Origin: the human T2T-CHM13v2.0 reference genome, Homo sapiens
Length of the DNA: 64,000 nucleotides
Reading direction: 5' to 3' (one strand)
Assembly: GCF_009914755.1 (NCBI RefSeq)
Contig: NC_060947.1
Made by a program: the position numbers and the translations under genes. Under the pieces are notes generated by a model, which saw nothing but the letters and a program-made list of their open reading frames with translations, ran no database searches and was not told the origin of the DNA. Below are positions 41,167 to 55,990 of this stretch, piece by piece (positions within the stretch are counted from its first letter, which is position 1; each line of letters opens with the position of its first letter).

Positions 41167-42636
41167 AAAAATCAGTTGTTCATATATGTGTAGGTCTATC
41201 TCTGGTCTCTCTATTCTGTCCCGTTGATTTATTTGTCTATCTTTATGCCAGTACCACACTGTCTGAATTACTGTAGCCTTATAAGAAGCCTTAAAATCAG
41301 ATAGTGTTAGTCTTTCACCTTTGTTCTTTTCAAAATTGTTATGGCTATTCTAGGTACTTTGCATTTCTATGTGATTTTTAGAGTCATATTGTCAAATGCC
41401 ATAAGAAAGCCTTCTGAAATTTTTATTGAAATTATGGTAAATATGTTGAAAAAATGAAAGACAATTGACCTCTTAACAATATTTAGTCTTCCAACCCATG
41501 AACAAAATGTAATTACAATTTATTTAGATCTCCTTAATTCCTCTCCCTAATGCTTTGTAGTTTTCAGTGTATAGGGCTTACACATCTTTTGTCAGATTTA
41601 TTGCTAAGTATTTCATATTTTTGATGTTATTATAAATGCTATTTTTAAATGTAGATTTCTGGTTGTTGATTGCTAGTGTAATAGAAATATACTATACAAT
41701 TAATACATTATACAAGAAATAAAATTGCTTTTTCTATATAGATCTTATGTCTTTCAACCTTGCTAACCTCACGTATTAGTTTTAGTAGCTGTTTTGTACA
41801 TTCCGTCAGATTTTCTACATAGACTTTTATGTCATCTGTAAATAAAATCAGTTTTACTTTTCTCTTTCTAATACGCATGCCTTTGTTTCTTTTGTTGGCT
41901 AACTGCTCTGGCTAGAACTTCCAGTATAACATTGAATAGAAGTAGTAAGGGTGGATATCTATGTCTTGTTCCTTATCTTAGTGGGGAAAGCATTCAATCT
42001 TTCACATAAACAGTGAAAGATTTCACAGTGATATTATCGTAGGTGCCCTTTATCAAATTGAGGTTTCCTTTGATCCCTAGTTTGCTTTGAGTGTTTATCA
42101 GAAATGGATGTTGGATTTTTTTCTGCATCTATTGAGATGATCATATAGTTTTTCATCTTTGTTAATATGGTGAATTACATTGGTTGATTTTCAGATATTA
42201 AACAATCTTACATTACTGATACAAACCCCAATTTGTCATAATGCATTATCCTGTTTTTCATATTATTGGATTTAATTTGCTAAAATTTTGTTTAGAATCT
42301 TTGCATCTAAGTTCATGAGGGATATTGGTCTGTAGTTTTCTTCGCTTATACCAACTTTGTCTGGTTTTGGTATCAGGGTCATGCTTTTCTCATAGAATGA
42401 GCTTGGAAAGATTTCCTCCTCTTCAATTTTCTGGAAGGGTTTGGGTAGCATTGTTCATATTTCTTCCTTAAATGTTTGGCAGAATTCACAAGCAAGGAAA
42501 TCTGGGTCAAGAGTTTCCGTGGGAGAAGAGTTTTAACTATTAATTCAATTTCTATAACAAATATAGTGTTATAAAGTTATCTACTTCTTGAGTGAGCTTT
42601 CATAGATTGTGTCCTTCAAGGAATGTGTACATTTAA

Positions 42637-43266
<630 letters not shown>

Positions 43267-43440
43267 AGGTGTGGACTTTTTAGGAATCAGTTGTTTATAA
43301 TATTCCTTTATTATCTTTTTAATATCTGTACTAGATATTATCTCTTCTTTTTTTCCCTGATCAGTCTGAATAGAAGTTTATCTTTTTGTTTTGTTTTGGT
43401 TTTGTTTTTTTTTTTGATCCTCTGAAAATACCAGCTTTTT

Positions 43441-43740
43441 GGCTGGGCTTGGTGGCTCACGCCTGTAATCTCAGCACTTTGGGAGGTGCGGGAGGGTCAC
43501 ATGAGGCCAGGAGTTTGAGACCAGCCTGACCAATATAGTGAAAGCCTGTCTCTACTAAAAATACAAAAAAATTAGCCTGGCATGGTGGTGGGAGCCTGTA
43601 ATCCTAGCTACTCAGGAGGCTGAGGCAGGAGAATCACTTGAACAGGGAGGCAGAGATTGCACTGATCCGAGATCATGCCACTGCACTCCAGCCTGGACCA
43701 CAGAGCAAGACTCCATCCCCTCACTCACCCCCGCACCAAC
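43441..43740 (+). mobile_element. AluSx/Sz-like with C-rich tail
   Basis: Full dimer; TSD ccagctttt at 43431 and 43742. Confidence 0.9.
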
Positions 43741-43876
43741 CCAGCTTTTGTTTTCATTAATATTCTACATCCCTTTTCTGTTTTCTACTTCGTTTTTTTT
43801 TTACTGGTTCAGTCTTAAGTATTTCATTTCTTCTGCTTCATTTAGATTTCATGTTCTCTTATTTTTCTAATTTCTT

Positions 43877-44199
43877 GTGTTTTTTGTTTTGTTTTGGCTG
43901 TGTGTGGGGGGTTAGGGGGGCGGGCAGGGTCTCTACTGCCTAGTCTAGAGTGCAGTGGCACAATCATGACACACTGCAACCTCAAACTCTTGGGCTCAAG
44001 TGATCCTCCTGCCTTAGCCTCCTGAATAGCTAGGACTACAGGTATGTGCCAACATGCCTGGCTGATTTTTTAAATTTTTTGTAGAGATGAGGTCTTTCTA
44101 TGTTTCCTAGGCTGGTCTTGAACTTTGGGACTCAAGTGATCCTCCTGCCTTTGCCTCCCAAAGTGCTGGCATTACAAGTGTGAGCCACTGTGCCCAGCC
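43877..44199 (-). mobile_element. AluJ-like
   Basis: TSD tatttttctaatttctt / tctttttctagtttctt. Confidence 0.9.
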
Positions 44200-46254
44200 T
44201 CTTTTTCTAGTTTCTTAAGGAGGAAGCTGATATCATTGATTTGATACTTTTTTCTTCTTTTCTAGTATAAATGTTTAGTACTATAAATTTCTCCCTTGAT
44301 ACTGCTTTGGCAACATCCCACACATTTTGATACATTGTGTTTTTATTTTTATTTTGCTCAGAACATTTTCTAATTACCCTTTGATTTTTTCTTTGGCTGA
44401 TTAGTTATATAAAAAATGTGTTATTCAATTTTCAAATATGTGGAAATTTTCCTAGATTTCTTTTTTATTGATGTCTCATATAATTCCACAGTGGTCAGAG
44501 AATACATTTTCTATGACTTAAATTTCTTTAAATGATTGAAACTTATTTTATGGCCCAGAATATGGTCTATCTTGATAAACATTCCATGTGTACTTGAAAA
44601 GGATATGCATTCTGCTGTTGTGGGATGGAACATGTTGTAAGTGTCAATTAGATTCAGTTGATTGATGATGAATTCAACTATGTCCTTGCCGATGTTCTGT
44701 CTGCTTGTTCTATGAATTATTAAGGGTGGGTATTGAAATATCCCACTAGAATTGTGTAATAACCTAATTATCCTTGAAATTTGAATAGTTTTTGCTTCAT
44801 ATGTTTTGAAGCTCTGTTATTAGGTGCTCTGAGGCTCTGTTTATTTTTTTTTCCAGTATATTTTCTTTCTGTTGTTCAAATTGGGTAATTTCTCTTTTTC
44901 TAGCTTCCAGTTTGCAGATTCTTTCTCTGTCCTCTCCATTCTGTTGTCGAACTTATCCATTGAGGGTTTCTTAATTTTCGTTATTATATTTTTTAGTTCT
45001 AAAATATCAATTTGGTTCTTTTTTGTATCTTCTATTTCTTTTCTGAAACTTTCTATTTTTTCATTTGTTTTAATCATGTTTATAATTGCTTATTGAAGCA
45101 TTTTTATGATTACTGCTCCAAACTCCTTGTCAGATAATTCTGACACATCTGTCAAATTGGTGTGGGCATCTATTGATGGTTTGTTTTTTGTTTTTTACAT
45201 TCAATTTGAGATATTCCTAACTTGGTATGGTAAGCAATTTCTGAAGGAAACTTGGATACTTTAGATATTATGAGACCGACTATCTTTAAACTTCTGTTTT
45301 AGCTGGCTTTTTTCAGAAAATGAAGGGTTGTGTTCTGCCATATTACCGCCATGTAGGGGTAGTAGTCCAAGTCCCCTACTCAACCTCTGTTGACAGCAAG
45401 AGTGGGGGCTACGTATTAGTGGTGGGTAGAAATGATAATTCCTGCTCCCTAATAGGTCTCAACTGATGCTTCCCTGGCTGAGAGGCATAAGAGTGCCTTT
45501 TTAATACTGTCCACATGGCCTCCATTGACACCACAAGGAGGAGGTGACCTTGTTACCACTCATTGTCATCCTAACTTTCCAATAGGCCTCCTTTCACACT
45601 ACCTTAGAGGATGAAGAGGCACATTTTACTGCTGGGCAGAGTAGAAACCCAGACTCCCCAAATAGTCCCCACTGACACTGTGTGTGTATCGGGGGTTGGA
45701 TTATTATAATCCAGCAGGAATGAAAGTCCTAGGTGGCTACTCTGACACCTCTCCAGCAGGGGGTTGGGACACCTCATTATAGCCCCATGAAACTGGAAGT
45801 CTAGGGTTACCACTTCAGTCTCTGCTGGTATAGGCGGGGAAGGTATCATATTTTTTCAGTGGCATTTGGTTGGAGTTGAGTGGTTATTACATAAAAGTTT
45901 ACTGTCTTGCTAGGCTGCCCATTTCCTGGTCCCTTACCTAGAGGGAGCAGGAATTTTTCTCTGAACTTGTAAGTATGTCTGGGTTGCAGGCTTCTTCAAC
46001 TCCAAGTCCAGGATATATGAAGCAAAAGGGAAACCCAAGGAACTCACCACTTTGTGGTTCCTTGGGTCCCCAGGTCCCTAGCCAGTCTGCCATCTTCTTT
46101 CTACTTTTTCAGATTTTTTTTTTTTTTTTTTGTATATAAAGTCCAGGTCTTTTAGTTGTACTTGGCAGCAGGATCAGGGAAAAATACATCAACTCCATCT
46201 TCCCTAAAGCAGAAGTGCCACTATCCTCTGCTTTCATTTTTGAAACATATTTTC

Positions 46255-46628
<374 letters not shown>

Positions 46629-46979
46629 TCATTTGCATCGTTTCTTATGAAAAATCTGTTGTCATCCTTATTTTTGTTTTTCTATAAAGAACATATCACA
46701 GTTCCCTGGCTGTGTTTGATATTTTCTTTTTATCACTGTTTTTCCCCCCTGTGATCTAAGAAGTTAGGAAGCCACCCTTCTGAAAGTTAATGTTGTATGG
46801 TAGAAAGAGCATAGAGCTCAAGAAATCTGGTTTCTGTTGTTAGCTCTGCTATGAGCTTGCTGGTGACCTGGAGCTATCCCCAGCTTCTCTCTGGATCTCA
46901 GACTGTTTTCTTGTAAATGAGAAGTTTAGACTCTCACATCACTTCCAGCTCATTCTTGCTGCACCAACAGCAACAACAG

Positions 46980-47200
46980 TAATGACTAAAACCTATCAAA
47001 CACTAACAAAGTGCCCAGCACTGTTCCAAGCTCTTTATGTGCATTGAGTAATTTAATTTTCACTACAACTTTGTGATGTAGGTTATTTTTTTATTATCCC
47101 TAGTTATAGGTGAGACAGCTGAGGCCCAGAGAAGTTAAGTGGCAGAACTGGATATTGGACTCATGTTTTTCTGGCTATAGAGGCCATGCTGTTAACCAGT
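46980..47200 (-). mobile_element. MIR SINE
   Basis: gtgcccagcactgttccaagctctttatg...ctgaggcccagagaagttaagtggcagaactgg. Confidence 0.8.
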
Positions 47201-48367
47201 ATTGCTCCTGGTGTACAGCTTCAAGTCAGCAGGGCCACACTGCCTTTCTGGCTTGTTTTGAAGGAAAGATGTCAGGCTCTTTTGGTCTGTCTGTTCAGTG
47301 AGTTTCCAGGAACTTGGGGCTTAGTCATCCTTCTTTGCAAAGTTCACTTGGTGCACACTAATGTGCAGAGTGGCGTGATATTTGCAGTGTTAGATTCTGG
47401 ATTCCTTGGGTTCCTCCAGCATTTCTCTTTATCTCCTTAGGGATGTAGTTTGTAAATAGCAGATTCATTTTGTCTTCTTTTGTCAGTCTCTTCCATCAGT
47501 CTACTCTCAACAGATCTCTCTGCCATCTCTTCTTTCCCAATATTAGTTTAATATTCTTCATATCCAAGTGCTTTTCAGCCTGACAGATAAAAGAGAAATC
47601 AGTGGCTTTTTTTTTCCATTATTTCTGGCCAATCATCAATATGAAATTTCCCCCCTTTTTGGACCATGCCATTCAAAACAAAGTCTAATACACTTTATGC
47701 CTCTTTGTGAGTTCCAAGAATTCCTGATAGGAGCAGTGTAGAATCTGCTTGGTCCCCTGTCCCCAAAACCCCTTTATTCGTAGAATCAAATCCCCTTCAT
47801 AGATCTCCCTTGGGGCCACTTGATCCCAATCTATGGGTGCAGTGAGCTCTACCCCATCTCTGGAGCCAATCCTCTCTTCCAGCAAGAAGAATATAAGGGC
47901 TTTCAGTTCAATGCTCAGGTTCAAGAAAAGTTTTGTTATGACACCATAGTGATGACTTCAACCTTGATCCTGAATCCAAGCCCCTATCTTATAGCTCTGT
48001 TCTGATTCTGGCCTTTTGTTCCTGGGCATCTGTTTGGGCCCTGATAGTCTCCTATAACTAAGAGTCTCCCTTATTCTTTCTAGTGCTTTTTCTACCTCTC
48101 CCCAGATATTAGATTTTTTCCAGTGTGTGTGGCCATGCAGCCTTGTGGCTAACTTCCCTGATCCTGCCTGCCCTGCTGAATCTCTGAACACCAGCTGCTT
48201 CTAGAATTTCCAACACCTTGTTTAACACACCTGTCAGGATATCCCAAGTCTTGGTCCCCTGAAATTTGCTTGACTTGCTGTAATTTACCTTTCTGTCTAG
48301 ACTGTGTTATATGAAAGGATTGGGGCCAAGGAGATGTTTCTGTTTCCTTGATAGTATATTTTGCACT

Positions 48368-48490
48368 AGCACCTTGTCCAAAGTGTGGTCCCTGAACCAG
48401 CAGAACTAGCAATGCCTGGGAGCTTTTTAGAAATGCATAAAATTGGGCCCTACCCCAGACCTATTGGATCAGGAGCTGCCTTTAAAAGGT
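48368..48490. mobile_element. MER5A fragment
   Basis: caaagtgtggtccctgaaccagcag...tagaaatgca...ccccagacctattggatcagg. Confidence 0.75.
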
Positions 48491-49054
48491 ATCTGTTCTA
48501 GGGCTATCCGCTGATCCATTACCAAGTCAATGAAACTACACTTAAGTGTCTTGCTTATAAGATCATTTACTCCATTGCAATTTAAGTTCCCTGAAGGACA
48601 GACAATTCATGCATCTTGTTCACTGCTGTATTTGCAGTACCCAGAACTGTTCATGGCAGATGATAAGTGCTTAATAAATATTTGTTGAAGGGTGGTCTTG
48701 GAAATTTCTTAAAATCTCTGTGCCTCATCACTTTCCTTACCTGTAAAATAAGGATTTATATCCCGACTTCCACGTATAAGGATCAGACATTAAAAAAAAA
48801 AAAAGAGAGAGAGATGCAGAATTGTCAATATTTATTCTAACACATCTCTTCACTGAGATGTGTATCTGTTTGTTTTGGGGTGAGCTGAGCTTTTTAGCTA
48901 CTTTGCCTAAGTATTACCGAAGACTTGTTTTATAGACACTACCTGTTTGGAGGGGTCTTTGTAGAGAGATTTGTTCATCCATTCACTCATTAATTTAGCA
49001 AATATTAATTGAATATTACATGCCAGGCACTATTCTAAGTGCTAATGAATACAG

Positions 49055-49929
49055 AGTCTTCTTTATGGAATTGGTTAACCCCTTTATTAATCCCTCTCTT
49101 GCTTGTATGTCTTATATTAAAATTTGGACCCTGTATACTCAATACTACAACTCGAATTGTTTCTTCTCGCCTAGAAGTAATCAAACTCCAAATGGTGCTG
49201 CATACTGAACCACCCATGGACAAGCCATTCTCTGAGGACCCTTAAATCTACCCCAGGAGGAGCCCTAGCTGCTGATCGCCATTTGACACCCCTTTTCAGC
49301 AGGAAGTAGCCAGAAAGAGTCATAGCCCAAAACCCCCTAACAGCAGTTAGTGTGATATCTCCACAGGGGGGAATGTGATAGGAGTTATTCAGAAATTATT
49401 TTAGGCAGATAGAGAGGAAAAGGGGTCCTTGGGAAGTTTTCATTTTTTAAAGCATCTCTGGAAAAGCTTCTTGTGAAGCCCTGGCTCTTAGAGCCAGGCC
49501 GGCAACATTTAATGTGCAAATGCCAGCCGTTAGAAACTGGGTCCACCCAACATGACGATTCCTGTGGCCTTCTTACCTCTGCCCCACATGTTCCTGGCCG
49601 CCCCTACATATCTCTACGTCTGTAGAACATCATGGCGCCCTGCATTTGGATATTAAAAGGCTAAGGTGGGAGAGCCAGCCTTTTCCGCAGGCTACGTGAA
49701 TGACATGCCTAGTCAAACCAATCCCCTGAGCCCTATGCAAATCAGACACTGCCTCCTCCAGCGTCCGTATGTATACCTGGCTGGTATCTGTGGCAGGTGA
49801 GGTTCCCTCTTTCAGCCTTGGAGCCCCCCTGCCTCCATCTCTGTACAGGGGAGCTTCTTCATTCTGTCCTCCTCCCTTCTTTCTTGCCTATTAAACTCTG
49901 CTCCTTAAAACTAAAAATAAATAAATAAA
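49055..49929 (+). pseudogene. Processed (L1-retroposed) ERV1 mRNA copy: env TM 3' end + PPT + U3-R + poly(A)
   Basis: Peptide WNWLTPLLIPLLLVCLILKFGPCILN...VSSRLEVIKLQMVL (gamma-type Env TM/cytoplasmic tail); PPT aggggggaa; LTR from 49374; ATTAAA at 49890-49895 then A-rich tail; TSD 49036-49054 / 49930-49948. Confidence 0.8.
49374..49911 (+). mobile_element. LTR9/LTR9B-like (HUERS-P3-associated) LTR, U3-R only
   Basis: Start tgtgataggagttattcagaaattattttaggcagatagagaggaaaaggggtccttgggaag; ends shortly after poly(A) signal with no U5/CA terminus; family name from recalled consensus. Confidence 0.65.
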
Positions 49930-50608
49930 TAAGTGCTGGTGAGTAGAGCAGTGAATAAAGCAAAGTCTTGCTAGAAGTTTACATTCTAGGAGGAAGAGAC
50001 AGAAATTAATCAAATAAAATAATAAGATAGCAGATGGTGATTTTTTTTCAAGGGAAACAATAAAGTGGGTAAGGGGAGAAAGGAGTGTTGGGGTGTGTGG
50101 ATGTAGAAGGATAATCAGAGAAGGACTCTCTGAGGAGAGGGCATCTGGGCAGAGACCGGCAGGAAGCCAAGGGGCAATTCATATGGATATCCAGGGGCAG
50201 AGCTTTCCAGGCAGAGGAAAAGCCAGTGCAATGGCTCCAAAGTGGGAACATGTGGGATGTTTAAGGAACAGCAAGGAGACCAGAGTGACTGGAGCAGCTT
50301 GGGAAAGCAGTATGAACAATGCGGCTGCTAAATCAGGTATTGCTTTGCGGGTCATTATTTGGGTGCTGGCTTTTACTATGAGTGAAATTGAGAGCCTTGG
50401 AAGATATTCAGTGAGGAATGATGTAATCTAACTTAAATTTTAAATGGGTCACTCCAGTTGCCATGTTAAGTAAGAATAGGCTTTAAGAGAGTAAAAGCAG
50501 AAACAAAGAGATCAGCTGGAAGGCTGTTGGGGTAATCCAGGTGAGAGAGGACAGTGGTGTGAATCAAGTTGGTGGTAATTGAGGTGGGAAGAACTGGTCA
50601 GATTCTGA

Positions 50609-50736
50609 TTTTTTTTTTTTAAGATACTCTGTCTCACTTGTTGCCCAGGCTGGACTTGAACTCCTGGGCTCAGGCGATCCTCCTGCCTCAGCCTCCTGAG
50701 TAGCAGAGACTACAGGTGCATGCAACTGTGCCCAGC
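50609..50736 (-). mobile_element. FLAM_A monomer
   Basis: Reverse monomeric Alu with T tail. Confidence 0.85.
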
Positions 50737-50937
50737 ACTGATGGTGTTTTGAAGAAAAGTCTAACATGTTTTGCAGATATCTTGGGTATGCAGTGTGAGA
50801 GAAAAAGGAGTCAAGGATGACTCCAAGGTTTTTAGTTTCAGCAGCTGAAAGGATAGAGCTGCCATCAGGAGAAATGGGCAAGATATGGAGGAGAATCAGG
50901 TTTGTAGAGAGGACCATCATGGATTCTCTTTAAACAT

Positions 50938-51320
50938 TGTCTAAGTCTGTTTGTGCTGCTATAACAAAATACCTGAGACTGGATAATTTATAAATAATTG
51001 CAATTTATTTCTTGCAGTTCTAGAGTCTGGGAAGTTCAAGATAAAGGCATTGGAAGGGTTGGTGTCTGGTGAGGACCCTTTCTCTGCTTCCAATGAATGT
51101 TGCATTCTCACATGGCAGAAGAGATGCAAGGGCACAGAAAAGTGGGGAGGCAGCTCTCTGAAGCCTCTACTATAAGGGCACTAATTCCATTCATTAGTCA
51201 TGAGAGTGGAGCCCTCATGACTTAATCACCTTCCAGAAGCACCACCTCCTAATACCATCACCTTGGTGATTAGTTTCAATGTACGAATTTTGGAGGGACA
51301 CATATATTCAAACTATGGCA
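50938..51320 (-). mobile_element. MSTC/MSTD-like MaLR LTR
   Basis: tgtctaagtctgtttgtgctgctataacaaaatacc...attcaaactatggca; perfect 5-bp TSD aacat at 50933-50937 and 51321-51325. Confidence 0.88.
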
Positions 51321-51497
51321 AACATGTTACATTTAAGATGCCTATTAGATTTCCAAGAGGAAATGTTGAGTAGACAGTTGGATAGATTCATCTGGAGTTG
51401 AGAGAAGTCTGAAGTGCGGATATAAATTTGGAAATCTTCAATGTACATGTGGTAGTTAAAGCTATGAGACTGGGTGAGATCATCCAGGGAAAGAGTA

Positions 51498-52047
51498 GAG
51501 CTGCACCTCTTTATCCATGGAGGATATGTTCTAAGACTCCCAGTGGATGCCTGAAACCTCACATAGTTTGAAACCCTATATACACTATGTTTTTTCCTCT
51601 ACATATCTATGATAAGTTAAATTTATAGCTCTTCTGAATCTTCTTGTGGCAAAAAAGAAAAATAGTTTAATTTATAAATTAAAATTTAAATTGATAAATT
51701 AGGCATAGTAAGAGATTAACAATAACTAATAATAAAATGGAACAATTAAAAAATATACTCTAATAAGAGTTATGTGAATGTGGTCTCTATCTCTCTCTCA
51801 AAATACTTTTTTGTACTGTATTCACTTTTCTTGTGATGGTGTGAGATGATAAAAATGCCTACATGATGAGATGTAATGAGGTAAATGACATAGGAATTAT
51901 GATGTAGCATTAGGCTATGAAACTTGAAGACTAATTTTAAATTTGTAAATTATTTCTGGAGTTTCCTATTTAATACTTTCATACTACAGTTAACTGTGAG
52001 TGACTGAAATCGTGGAAAGTGAAACCATGGATAAGGGGAGAGTACTG
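51498..52047 (-). mobile_element. MER44B-like (Tigger7-derived) DNA element
   Basis: TIRs cctctttatccatgg ... ccatggataaggggagagtactg, TA flanks; internal aattaggcatagtaagagattaac. Confidence 0.8.
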
Positions 52048-53299
52048 TATAAAGAAGAGAAACAAAGCAAGATCTGAATTGTGGGGCACACTAATGGTTA
52101 CAGGTCAGGAATGAGAGGAGAAATCAACAAAGGGCACAGAATATGGACAGCCAGTAAGGTACCTGGTGAGAAAATGGTATTCTAATAGCCATGGGGTATA
52201 GTGTTTCAAGGAGGGAGGTTTGAACTTTTTAGAATGCTGCTGAAATGGTAAGCACAAGAGGACTAAAAATTGACCATTTGATTCGACAACACAGAGGTTC
52301 ATTTGCGACTATTGCGGAAAGAGCTATTTTAGTGGAGTGATACAGGCAGAGGCCTCACTGGAGATAATATAAGAGAGAAACAGAAGAATTGGAAGCCATA
52401 AGTATAGACAGCTCTTTCAAGGAATTTTACTATAACAGGGAGAAGAGAAATGAACAGAAGCTGGAGGAGGATGTGAGGTGAATGGAGGACTTTATTTTTT
52501 AAAATAGTAGATATTATAGCATGTAGAGAGGAAGAAATTACTGATGCAAGACAAAGGTGGGAATACCAGGAGCTATGTTCTTAAGTGGGTAAAAGGAGAT
52601 GGGAATAAGGGCACAAGTGGAGCTAGTAAGGGAAGAAGCCAGGATTTGAACCAAATCTCCCTTACTTCAAAGCCTCTTACTCTCAACTACCATGCTACAG
52701 TGCTACTCAGACAATATTCATTAAGAATCTCCAGAAATTCACATACCCTAAAAAGAACCAAGAGGCCAGGGGCACTAAGTGGAGGAGAGTGAGAGATAGA
52801 TTTCCCTACCAATGGTAGGGATTAAAGAGGGATTTAGAGAAGTATCATAGAGGACAACGAGGCTATGGGAGAGATTTGGGGTTTTATTTGGAGTAAGGTG
52901 GGAGTCATTGTTGAGTTTAGAGCAGAGGAGGGACGTGGACTGACTTAACACTGTGAAAGGAATGACGTTGGCTTCTATGGGCAGAACTAACCATTATAGG
53001 CACAGGTGCAGGCAGGGAGACCAGTAAGGAAACTGTTGAAATAACCTTGCAGGAAATGATGGCTCTGGCTAGGTGGTAGCTGAGGAGATGGACATGGTGA
53101 TAATTTGTGAGCTTTTGAATATATACGAAAGGTAAAAACAATGAAAAAGAGAGGAGTTCAGGATAATTCTAAGATTTAAGACAGGGTAACTGGGAGAATC
53201 TACTTGACATTTATGAATAAGACGGAGAAATGAAGAGTTAGTAGTAGAAGTGGTTAGATGAAGAGTTCAATTTTATATATGTTTACCTTGAGATGGTCA

Positions 53300-53639
<340 letters not shown>

Positions 53640-53782
53640 GTAGGGAAGATGAGGAAGCTTTATCAAATAACTTGAGAAGGAGCCAAAAGGAAGATCAGAT
53701 GAGATTACATACTTCATTTGTTCATCTGTGTTTTCTGATTTATTAATAAGTATGTCTCGCTTTTGTAATTAAAAAAATACTC

Positions 53783-54068
<286 letters not shown>

Positions 54069-54209
54069 TCAAAAAACATTGTTTCAAAGCATGGAAAAGC
54101 AAATAATAATAATAATAATAATAAAAAGGCAGAAACAAAATAAGATGCCATAAAAGCATATATGAATATGTTAATATATAAGATGTTTACAAAATCTTCA
54201 TATTGCATT

Positions 54210-54474
54210 TCCTCACTTCATTCACATCTGTCCTCAAGTGTCCTCTTCTCTGAGGGACTTCCTTACTACCGTATCTACAACAATCCTGGTGTCCTATTAC
54301 TCTTTATTCTTTTACTCTGCTTTATTTCCTTTTTGTATGGAACCTGATACATATTTATGTATTTATTTCCTATCTCCGACACTAGACAAGACAGGGACAG
54401 TATCTTGTTCATAGATGTATCCTCAACACCAAGAATAGTCCCTGGCATGAAGTGCCTTCAAAAATTATTTGTTG
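54210..54474 (+). mobile_element. L2 3' end
   Basis: cagggacagtatcttgttcatagatgtatcctcaacaccaagaatagtccctggca. Confidence 0.7.
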
Positions 54475-54876
<402 letters not shown>

Positions 54877-55163
54877 TCAACATCACTAGTCATTAGGGAA
54901 ACACAAATCAAAACCACAATGAGATACCAATTTATACCCATAAAGATGGCTATTATAAACAACAATAACATAAACCCAGAAAAAAAAATGTTAACATGGA
55001 TGTGAAGAAATTGGAACCCTGTGCATTGCTGGTGGAAATGTAAAATGGTGCAGTCACTGTGGAAAATAGTATGGTGGTTCCTGAAAAATGAAACGTAGAA
55101 TTACCTTTTAATCCAGCAATTCTACTCTGAGTATATACACAAATCAACTGAAAACAGAAATTC

Positions 55164-55990
<827 letters not shown>

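Noticed and set aside
49039-49245. Env fragment as a captured syncytin-like gene
   Set aside because: Only the TM anchor and cytoplasmic tail are present; no SU, fusion peptide, signal peptide or upstream promoter
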